This document shows positions 37,701-49,700 of a stretch of DNA of 64,000 nucleotides, in pieces; the first letter of the stretch is position 1; every line of letters begins with the position of its first letter. Position numbers and translations under genes: made by a program. Source of the DNA: Orbicella franksi (Eukaryota); assembly GCA_964199315.1 (NCBI GenBank), contig OZ116703.1, forward strand, positions 31,248,001-31,312,000, read 5' to 3'. The notes under the pieces are model-generated. The model had not been told where the DNA came from, ran no database searches, and saw nothing but the letters and a program-made list of their open reading frames with translations.

Positions 37701-40700
37701 CTTTGCCCGTATGCAGACTTTACCTAAGAAAATCTCGGATAAATACTAAGGACGATAAAGCTTACCGTTTTTATACACATCTTGCCTCTGTGGTCTTTGG
37801 TAGAAGATTCCAACACGAATCGAATCTGTGGGGTCGCTGTTTAACAAGTGCAACCTTAGTTTCTGTGGCTCGTTGCTCGTGAAATACAGAGAATAATTCG
37901 TTCCAGTCGCCACGATTCCGTAAAACGTCGAAATGCGTTCTTGACAAGTGTAACCCAAACACCAGCCGTGATCCTGAGGGCCGTTCAGCAGGTTGACGTA
38001 ACCATCTGCGATCAGCGCCACCGGAGACAATCGCCGTGTTTCGGTGTCATCATCCAGACTCTCGATAACTAACATTCTGTAATCTATTGAGCTACATTGG
38101 TACGCGTTCCAGTCAGCATCCCATGAGCAATGGCTTTGATCAGGTGTTCCACGAACGATGCCCTTATTAGGAGCGACAACAGATATGTTGAGTCGGGTAC
38201 CATCCACGGCAGTTGTAGCAGGTTTGGGGATACGATAGTCGCCTAGACCACATAAGGAATAAAGGATACTTAAGCGTCAGATAAGAATTTGAAAATTAAA
38301 GTTCAAGGTGATGAGGGCATTGCAGAATAAAAATATAAATTTACAGAACGTCTATCTTAGACCCGACTTAAACGTTGCTGCATGCCACGCAACTCTACGC
38401 CACAGTCCGCAGTCTCCGACGCGATGTTTTCTTTTTCGTGTAAGTCAACCCTACAACTCGCTTGTTACTATCCCGCAGAACACGAAAAATGTCGTAAGTT
38501 TTTGAGACATGACTGAACCCTGCGGAAATTGTAACCTTAGGCAATGTTGTATGTTAAAAATTTTATGCGATTTTTGCACGACACAAGTTTTTCTTTTATG
38601 TATAAGTCAAGCCTACAACTTGCTTGCTACAAGCGCGTACGACACGAAAAATGTCGTAAGTTATTGAAAATCAACTAAATCCTGCAAACTTTAAACTCAA
38701 GCAATGTTGTATGCTAACAATTTTATGCGAGTTTTGGAGGACACGAAACGACAAAGTTTTCCCGTCTAATTGTAAATCGTCCCTCATCGTAATATTTAAG
38801 CAGCATATCGTACCCAGTCCGTATCGTTTGTTTCCATCCCACTGGTACTCGGCCTTGGAGATGACTGTTCCCCCCACAGAGCCTGTAAATGAGCCATCAA
38901 GGTCCCGGATGAGCTGCTGTCTTCTTGCGTCACAGTCCATGTCAACACAATCTGACGGGTTTATCCACTGAGTCGTCGGTTGCTGAAAAAGCAGTCTGGA
39001 TACTTGGTCGACGGAATCGAAATGCAGGCCTACAACGAGATGAATCAGTTAGTGTCAGTCAGTCAATTACTCTGCCTCGTTTATTGTCAAGTAGGGAAGA
39101 GAAAACCTAAACGCAAAATCTCCAGCAAGAAGCCGAAAAAGAGATAGAGAGGATGAAACCCGATTGAAAGTGTAAATAAAATGGTATATTCTTAACAAAT
39201 CTAGTCCAGTACTGGCCCTATCTCTGTCACGCAACGCTAGGGAGAGAGAGGGAGCCTCTCTTCCTAGGGTTGCGTGACAAAGAGAGGGCCAGAACTGGCC
39301 TATAACAAACCTCGCACGTCCACTGGATGGAGAATGTCTCCCACCCATGAATTAGTCATTATCGCTCGATGTTTATTCCCGCATTTTTCCTGAAATCCGG
39401 AAAACGTCACCTCGTGAAAGAGCGTGTAGCCATTTATTGCTGGATAACTCATCGGGCTTTCCCACGACATCTTTGGACCGCCAGCTGGCGATGATTGGAA
39501 CGACGGAATTGTGATACCAATTTTACCGCCTGTTGAAGCAAAATAAAATGGTGAAAGAAGTAAAACATTTAGTTTTTAGTTCACGTTATTTGAAACTAAA
39601 AGCATTACCCTGGGATATCTAGCTAAACATAATCCAAGCTTCGCAAAATGATTCTACCTTAGCAGCAAAACTGAAGTCAGACTCTTAAATTTACGGACGG
39701 TTTTAAAATTGAGGAATGTACTATAGCAGAAAAGACGAGCTATTCTTTGCTTGACGAAATGCCGAAATTCAGAGCATGATCTATTCAAACTTAAAATAAC
39801 GGTTCTTTAATGATCTGCCTGTCTGGAGCAGTGGTTTTTTATCCACTGAATACTGAGCGATTTATCTGGTGTACAGCGCTATCCAGCCTTCCAACAACTG
39901 GGGCCTACTTGAAATCAAAGATCACCGGAATACATCCATTTGATACATGCCTAACAAACGGATTCTGTTGAGAGAAATCACCTCTACACCACGTATGCGC
40001 GAATGACTACAAACATTTCAAAGGGAAATTTTCCTCTACTCGCTCCGATTGTTAAATAGGCAATGAAATCGAAGGGGCTAACATATAGCTTGTACAGGCG
40101 CCGGAACGTGAAACCATCTCTTGAAAGAAAATAATATTGAACCATTGCTTTACATTTAAATATGTATTCAAAACCGAGCATTGATGTTTTAACACAAGCA
40201 AGAACGTGACTAGAGCACACAAACGGGTTTTTTTCTCTACCTCTGGAGTAATTTCGTCGCTATTTAAGTCGGTGAACAACAAAACGAATCTACAACAGAA
40301 ATTCGCTATTACTTTAAAGGTAAAACTATCTTTTAACTCTTGGGCGCAAAATGTCTTCATAACCTTTCTTAAAAAAATGCACATGTTCAAGGTTACATTT
40401 CTGGAGCTACATTGCACGGTCTACATAAAAATGAACATTTCAACTTGAGTGTACCTCCTGGGGCCGTCTTCGCCCCAATTCCTCCGTACGGTTCTCTGGC
40501 ATATGGTATAATGCTGTCTTCTGCGCAGTCGTAGTTAGGACTTGTGCCAACGATCAGCGAGTGTCTCAGAATGAAATATTTGTCAGCAGTCCTGTGTGAT
40601 TTAGCAGGTGGCCCCCACACATTGGGAAACATTCCCACGGTGTTATCCACGGCAATAACATGGTCTACGACAACACTGGACTCACAGTATGTGAAGATGC

Positions 40701-43700
40701 CGTAGTCGTAATTTTTCCAAATGAGGAAGCCGTATAGCATAGCACATCCTGGAAGACCCTCCACGTAATGCAAATGTACTCCGTGCCAAGCACCGTGGAC
40801 TTCATTGCCAGTGGAAATTCCCAGAGGGTAATCTGTGCATTTCTCGCCATCAAGCTTGTATCCAAACCGTTCGCTTCCAGCTACTGTATTATTGATCAAA
40901 ATGACATCGAATGCTTCGTGTACTTCGATGGCTCCAGGCCAGTGAATGTTGGACTTCTCTTGTCTCCCGTCGTAGGTGTGGATAGAAATGGAATACACTG
41001 CCAAGTTTCGTAACACGCTGTTACATTTTCCGGCAACTCGAATTGAAGGGCCGACCGTGTGGTGTACAACGTTGTCCTCCACAGTCAGATTGTCGGTTCC
41101 AAACACACCGATACCAGTGTTGAAACAATCGTGGAAGGAACTGCCACGGACGTAAGACGTGTTGCCTTCAACCACACCAGTATTGAGGAAAGCTAAGGCG
41201 AATCTGACGAGTGAAAAAAATGGCATCATTTATGATACAAAGACGTTTAACACACCATTATTTATTTGGTTCTAAAACCACGCTTTACGTTAAAGGAGAA
41301 AGAGTGTTATTCCGTGGATCATGCTTAAACCGCGATTTACTTTGGTACGATGTTAAAAGAATGTAATTACACATCTCGATAATTTTGGGGACAGTTATTT
41401 CATGGTACTGAGTTTAAGTGAAACAATTATTCATCTCGACAAATGTTGGTCATTGAGCGCGTGTCTTACCTGGGGTCGTAATCATCCGTATAGCCTTCCT
41501 GACCGCAACGATTAAACTCCACATTCTCAATTCTGGCGCTACCCTTGTACTCTATCCCACCAGATACTGTTCGACCAATCAGAACACGACATCCAAACGA
41601 CTGGTCCCAGGCTCTAGAGGGATTATCCGCACCTTCTATAACGATATTTCTGGTCAGCAGTCCCACTTCTGCCGCCATGGTGTATGACCAGTTGCCAACC
41701 GTGTGTGTTTGTACGGTGTGTTTGTACTGAAGGCACGCATTCAGTGTCAAGTTTCGTTTGTCTTGTGAAATGGCTACTATAAAGAACTTTTCAGTCTGTT
41801 CAGGCTCAACTGTAGTTGAAGTAAGCACAATCTCATCGCCAAATCTCCAATCCACGGGTTCAGCAAGTATAAGTGAACAATCTCCAGCTTCGGCGGTAAC
41901 AGCCAATCGAGTCCAATAGACCTGCTTTGGTTTCCCGTGCAGCCATAGGAACCCAAACACTCCAAGTGCCTTGCTTCCCATGTTCACGTCTCGCAAGGGC
42001 AGCTCCTCACTGTAATGATCACCTCGAAGGCTTAATAGGAAGTTTGAAAGATAAGGCTCGTCCGGCCATCCCACGATCAAACCGCCGCTGACGAAGACAA
42101 TTGAAGCATTCAACACCATGGTCTCACCATCCCTGTCCTCGATCTCCAATGTGCCGTACACAAACAACTGGTTCAAATATGGCAGCCGAGTATCGGCTAC
42201 CATGTACCAATCTGTCATTATCATGACGTCACTTCCGTTGCCAGGTAATCTTCTTCCATAACCACCATACAGGGGCTCAGTGCCTTCCCAGTCATCAACA
42301 CTGGACCAGCGACGGTAGACCTCCGGTCTTCCTTGCGGGGGAGGGGGTGGCACCGGGGTGATGCAGTCTTCATAATAACAGAGGTAAACGTCCAGATCGA
42401 CAGAACGTGGCTCAACATTGTTATTTTTTGTCAGAGTCGCATTCTTGCCAGACGCGATGTACGTAAACACCTTTGTCTCGTTAACAAAACTCCAGTTTCC
42501 GTGAAGAGCATCACGGGATGGCACGACTTCCGTCATGTTCTGGTAAGCGCCAGTAGTGGCAAAGTGATCTGGTGTTTGCATAAATTGGTGGGATATCCAG
42601 ACATAATCGCCTTCCCTCATATCATAGAACTTGCCAGTGTAGCTGATGTTAGTTATGTGGGATGTGTCTTCGAATGTCATGTTGTATATTTCTCCCCGAA
42701 TCAAAAGCATCACCCAACCCATCGGATGAGTCGCGCACTTGATGCAGAAAGGGACCTTGTCGATTCCGTGCTGGTTCGTCAACAAAATGTATTTGGCCTG
42801 CAAGGATACTGGGGCGGCGTTGTTCAAGGCAAATCTCGTGAATTGCACACTAGAATCACAGACACTTCCATTATGAGGCCCGTAGCTGTCCTGGACGGAC
42901 GGAGTACATTTCTCGGGCGGTAGATTCTCATTGTCAGGCACGACGCTTCCATTTGCATAACCAGTGAGACTTCCATCCAGATCGAGTATGACTGCCTCGT
43001 GACTCCATCTAAAAGCGGTCCGGCGTGGAGAGTTGACGAAATGGTTTCGCAAAGTGTGTGAAGTCCAGCCGCCTCTCTTTTTAAACTCTGCACATTGTGC
43101 ACAAGCGCTGTAAGCGGTGCAGCCTTCCCGGTCGAAGTTCACGAAGGTGACATTTTCGACGACAAGCTTAGAGAACTGTGGCAGTCTTATACCGGAAGTC
43201 GTGCAAAGTGTGTTGCTGCTTACTTTCAGTTCCAATCCCTCGCTCACTTGGCTGTGACCGACGATAAGTGCGTCTTTAATCCTAGGACCACCCCTTGGGA
43301 CGTCTGCTTCGTTAGCAAAAACGTACTCAATACCAGCAATGTCATTATCCAGCATCTTGAAGTTGTGCATTTGAACTGCACCAACTTTGACGGCTTCTGC
43401 CCCTCGCATATTGTTATAGGCGATAAATGAGCCAAACACCGCGGGCTCAGCGATACAATCGTCGCATCCCCCTCCCCGCTGGGGGTGGTAAACGGGAAAT
43501 ATCCACAATCCATAGCGGCCGAACGAATGCGCAGAGTTGTTGAAAAATTCAAGCATGAATACATTCCTGGGACAGTAGTCGGATCGAAACGACGGGCCAT
43601 CAGGGCGGTCGAACATTTGATACCAGAAACCAAAATGGCTGCCCCCTGCAGCGGCGTTGTGACGCACGGTGTTGTTAGCGTTTGTTACCCAGAAGGTAGC

Positions 43701-46700
43701 CGGAGTTATATCCACGTTCAGCGCCGACGACGAAGCGATGACGAATATCCCCAGGTTGTACTCGACTATGTTACCAGTTTCAATGCCGTCCTCCATGAAG
43801 AACGCATTTCCGCGGACGTTGAACACAACGTTGTGGCTTACATTAAGTCTGTGTATACCGTGCATTGTTATGGCTCGATTGAAGCTGTGATGTATTGCAC
43901 AGCCGCGAACATACGAGCCATAAACATCACCACTGAGATGAAAATGAATTGGATAGCGACCAAGACGGAATGCTTGCCCTGCGTGCGAGATCTCCACGTA
44001 ATTGAACCTTGCTGTTACCAAGCCTTTATTTTCTTCAGGGGCATGTATCATAATCTGCACACCAAATTCATCGCTTCCAATCTCTTCGCCAAATTTTCCT
44101 TGAAAGCAGGTCTGTGTTTGGAATTGACCTGGTTCAAATTCTTCCTCGCAAGCTTCAATTGCCTCCGTCCACTCGGAATGTACGGAGCCTCGCACACGCA
44201 CGTTCCGCGTGAGTAGACCAACTTCCGCGCGCGTTTCCACTGCGTGATTTCCTTGAAACGTCTGCACGATGGAGATGTGCTTATACTTTAGTGCCGGTGA
44301 CACTTGTAACGTGTAATTATCATTGAGAACGGCTGTTATCGTCAGCTCTTCAAACTCTCGCTGTGATTTTCCAGTTGGTGCCAGAATAATCTGATCACCT
44401 GGTTTCCACGTGACCTGTTTCATCAAGTGGAGCTGAGTTGCACCCGCTTCTACCGTGGAATTCAGATGCGTCCACGTGATGGGCACGTGTAAACCGTGAA
44501 GATCGAGCCTTCCCTCGCGAAGCGCTAACGTCTTGGTTCCAAACACTGGAATTTCTCTCGATCGAACATGGCCGTGCAAAGTGATCGTGGCCTTTCCTGG
44601 GAACGGGTCATTTTCGGTACCAACTTCAAGTACACCATTGTCGGTGATAAGTATGTTTTCTGCTTGTAGATGAAGAAAAGGCTCTTTCCTGTCAAATATG
44701 AGCTGTCCTCCCTGTATTAGGAGTAATTTAAGTACTGGCGTGTCTTGATCAAGCAATATAGTTTGTCCTTTCTTTATAACCACGAAGGTACCTGTGAGTT
44801 ACAAAACAAATAACCTCGTAAGGCACTGTCGTAACTGTGTAAATTTTCTTTGGGGAGGAGGAGGAGGGTAGGATCTCGTAATAGTTGACTCACAATAGGG
44901 AGTTTACGTACGAAAACCGTGACGGCAACAGTAAGAAAAGGTCAAATGAGGAGGGCAATGGCCAATTCCCTCTGTAAGATGCGCTTGCAAGGAATCATGG
45001 TAGTTGTATTCATCATCTTGGACTGGATATTTGTTTTGATGAATACAACTACCATGATTCCTTGCAAGCGCGTCTCGTGGATGGAATTGGCCATTAGCAA
45101 AATGGTGTACGAGTCTTGGCCCTTTGCAAAACAGTAACGACGTGAAAAGACCAAATTCTGCGTTTTCTAAAGAACATCAACAATGAGGGTAAATTATCAA
45201 AGCCTGTTTGAAAGACAACGCTATAATGAGCTGAGAGTTCATCTAACACTGATAAATTAAACAGAACATTGATTTACAGACATAAACGTATTCGTGTAGG
45301 GTAAAATTACTAGCTGAAAACTGTGTATTGAATAATACATACCATTCTCAGGAGGATCATTACCACCCCACGTAAACGGAGATGACCATACATCCACGTA
45401 GAAAAAATCAGCTTCATCATCTATCGCCTTTCCATTGCTTCCAACTTCCACTCGCACTTTAGTTTCGATTGTCCCGTTATGTGGACCAGTCTGGCACGTA
45501 ATCAGCGATGAATTGGCATAAGTAACGTTACATTCAACGCCGTCTATTGTAACGATATTGTCGCTCTGTGTGTCACTAAATCCTGTGCCAAGTATCGTGA
45601 GGGTTGTGCCCCCACCCGTCCCGCCTCGGGATGGTGTGACGGAAGTTATTTGGGAGGTCATTTCGGGTTTGTAAGTAAAGCCGTTGCTTAGAGTAGCGCT
45701 GAAACCGTTCAAGATGATCTCAATATCGCACACTTGGTCAATGTTTCCTGGCGCATGACTTGGTGCTTCACAAGATATTTCTGTAGTTGTAGTGAGGCGA
45801 TCTGAATTATGGGTGCACTCATTGCCACAAATGGTCAACTCTGCAGACTCATCAAAGCCCTGACCTTGAATGATAAGCACGCGGCCTCCTCCAAAGCCAC
45901 TCTGATCGGGATCCACGCCATCTATTTGTAATCTGTATTCAAAGAAATCATCAGATGTAGCCCTACCTTTCCCGGGAACCACCACGTCAACAAGGTATGA
46001 GCCAGCAGCATGTGCAGCCAGTGTACAAACCACATTGTCGTCCTCCGAGCTGGTTACCGCGCATGACACGTCTCCAATCTGAACCTCCACTTCATCTTGT
46101 GTAGTAGGATCTAAACCGCTTCCGTGTATGGTTAACACTTCACCGCCTTGTCCTATTGTTGGTGAAATTGACGTTACAACCGGAGTCGCGGCCTGGGTGT
46201 ACGCTATATTGATTGTTGGAAATACACCACCAGCATTTCTACGTCGCCGTGAAACTTCACCAGAATCAACAGTGACTTGTATGACGACTGCGTTACTTAA
46301 CGGGTGTGGTGGTGTCACGCATTCAATCAGCCCATACGAGATCGTGATTATTTCACAAATCTCGCTTCCGATGGTCACGGTAGTTTTGCCTGGAGTCGGA
46401 TTGAAACCATTTCCTTCTATAGTAATGATCAAGCCTCCATGTTTGCTACTTTGAGACGGCGATACTGTGGAGACTAAAGGCTCACTATCAACGACGTCTG
46501 ACACAGAATCAAACTGGGCGTTTCCTTTTCCCGCCACGTGAATCACAATCTTGTGACTTCCAATGACGGCTCCCGGCAGCATACATTTGACTAATTGCGA
46601 CAAGACCTCTGTCACGTGGCAGACTTCATTTCCCACTGTTACTGTCACGTCTGCAGCACTGGATGGAAGGCGTGACACTTGGAAGCGAAATTCCGTCTGA

Positions 46701-49700
46701 GGATTTTCAATATCAGCTGGAGACACTAACGTTACTACCGGCGTCCTGTCAAGTGCGAAGGTGTATTTGCAGTCCGTGCTGTCAAAGGCAACGCACTCGC
46801 TTTCACTACCACTGACTGTTACAATGACTTGCTGAGCTTGTTCAGAGCTTGCTCGTGTTCTGCAAACTATGGTGTCGAATGACGACCTTTCGACATCGCA
46901 CACAGTAGAACCTATTTGAACGACATTGTTACTGATTGCGTTACTAAAACCGTCGCCTGTTATTGTCACCAGCGTGCCGCCCGCTTGGGAACCGCTGCTC
47001 GGTGACACGGCAATTACGCTCGGTTTCAACACGAAGTCAGTTGTGTCACCTGCGTCTGCCCGGACAAATGCGTAGCCTCGGTTTAGTACCTTCACTTTGA
47101 CATCAAGTGCTTCGCCAGCAATGGGATATTCCGCTGTACTGAGTACACAAGTGATTGCTGTGTCATTAGAAGAGATTACCTCGCACTCGTGCGAGCTGAA
47201 CGTCACTTTATTGTGGCACGACTCGTTACTAAATCCATGCCCGTGGACTGTAATTATCGTGTCGCTTGTGCCTTGAGGAGGTGTTACAGCTGATACTTTA
47301 GGCGTGCTACATTCCGAGTAGGTAAAATCAAAGCTGTCACTGTTTGAACTCTGGGCTTCATGTGAAGAGTTGCACCCAGGAATACCATCCGTCCTCCCGG
47401 CCTCACACGTTGGAGAGGAGTATGATGACGAGGTTGCATTGTAATTTGCTTCAAATCCTAAAACAATTAACAAAATTGTGGTTATGTTAAACTATTAAAC
47501 ATTTCCAGACAATTTGCTTCACTTTTTTTGCAAACAAGAATGAAATAAATAAAATAGATTAGTAAATGCTACATTTTGTAGTACTGTTGTGCTAAATGAG
47601 GGAGCTAAACAAACAAAACACAACAATAACAACAAAAAGAACAAAAAGCAAATAATGCAAGCATTAAATAAACTTGTTAGGAAACAAAGCATTTTTGTGG
47701 AAATTTCACCGAAGTCTTTGTTTGAAGAATTACTGAAACCTGTTCAACTTACTTCACTGGTTTGTACTTCATATAAAATGAACAATTTGTGCCTCACCGT
47801 CAATGTTAAGACTGATTGGTCCGCTCTGCGTTCTAAATGACAGCACCTTGATCACGCCTTTCATTCGAACCGATCCGCTACCGGCGTAGTAGAACACTCC
47901 TGGGCTCAAGAACCTGCAGAAGATTTCAACAAATACTCCTTATTGAACATCTCCGTGATAACAATTTCATGACAGCTTGATGTCACGCAACGAAAGTCAC
48001 GCGGCACTATGGAACTATGGTCGTTAAATAACGACTTCTCTCGACCTTTTTAAAGGGAAAAAAGGCTATTAATGAAAAATAAATTCACCCAGTAGTAATG
48101 ATTAAAAATGTGTGCAAAATGTTTGGAGAAAAGTTTTGTCCGTAATTAAGACAACTGAACCAGAATTAGCAAGAATTTTGATTTCAGTTACGTAACTTTT
48201 CCGTGAGGTTTTTTGTTTATATTGTTTGTCCTTCAGTTTTGTGTTTGAATTTATCTCAAGTGACACAAAACATAAGTTGTGAAAAGCATTTTTATACCAG
48301 AAAAATTAATACTTCGGGTAACTTTTAACCCTGGATCAGCGTTAACAAGTTTTTGAACATCTTAACTGAAAGGAAAAGAAACAAGGCGCATATATATATA
48401 CCATGCATATTTTCTGTAATTTGCAACTCGGAATGTACATTAGTGACAGGAGTAAACTGGTATGATCTTACCGTGCTAGAATTGTAAGAAGGGCAAGTAA
48501 TCTAATTATGTTGTATTGTAAGCAGTGTAAGTATTAGTATTGTTAGTAGCGTGAGTATGCGTATTATATAGAGTAAGTGTTAGTATCGTAAGTGGCGTAA
48601 GTAATAAGTTTTTTGTAAGTAGTGTAAATAACTACATTAATATTGTATTGTAAGTAGTGTAAGTAGCATTTAAAAAGAATAAAGAAGAAAAGAAAAAAAA
48701 AAAAAAAAAAAAAAAAGTTTTTGAACATCTTGGCCCAGATTCCTAACATCAGGGCAAAATGCTATCTCATTACGGTAGCTAACGGCAGACTGTATGACGT
48801 TGACTCACCTGTGTGTGAAGACTCCAGTCTTACTGACACCACCACTGTGAAATCCGAAAAGATCATAATCAACTGACGATGAATCGCTGGTCTGATACAC
48901 GTTGTAGAATGCGTCAGATAGTTCCTGTCCAGTCCAGTGCCACTGCGTTCAAAAGAGAAAAAAATTGAAATAAAAGACGAAGATTTTTCGGCCTAAAATA
49001 CAACTGCTATTCATGTGGCTTTTTATTTGAAATAGATAGACTTGTAAGTTGTTAATTGGCACTTGAGTATTCGCATGAAAACGTCGTGCTCTCCTTCAAG
49101 TGTCAACATTAAACGTGATCGAGACACATAATAAGGTCTTAGCTGACAAACATACCTCGACAGTGTCGCCTTGATGACAAACAACGAACTTTGGTAACCA
49201 TTCATAGCCACGCCCATACTCTGACAAATAAACAGGTAGATAAATAAGCAAACGAACAAATAAATATGTAAACAGATAAATTCTAATCATAAACCCTCTC
49301 CGCTACTTTCTTAAATATCGCTCAAACGCTTCACTTGTGCGATATTGTTCTGCACTCAAAAATAACATGCATATCTCCTGGCAAATGCATAAAATCCTCA
49401 ATTGTATTTCATACAGGAAAACATTTATTTGTGCTTCAACTTGATGCCACATTACCTACAGACAAAGCTCAATGCTAAAAAAGGACAACATCAAACTAAC
49501 CTAGGTGTGATCCACTGTTATCAACCATTATAGTTTGAAACATGTCCCCCGTTTCACATATCACGTGTGTATCATTGAATGACGTAATTTGACAGAGCCT
49601 GTCTTGTACCGTGACAACAGCGCGTGACGCATCAGACCCAAACCCTTGTCCAGTGATAACCACGCGCGTCCCGCCTGCTACTGAGCCAATCAGAGGAAAG

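Noticed and set aside
42015-42030. RGD tripeptide in G8-2 (LRGDH)
   Set aside because: It sits at a structural position of the G8 fold (R-G-x in homologues), with no evidence of an exposed integrin-binding loop.
42333-44216. Plus-strand ORFs of 110-243 aa opposite the G8/beta-helix exon (and similar ORFs opposite the cadherin exons)
   Set aside because: Antisense shadows of strongly coding minus-strand exons, with no recognisable motifs.
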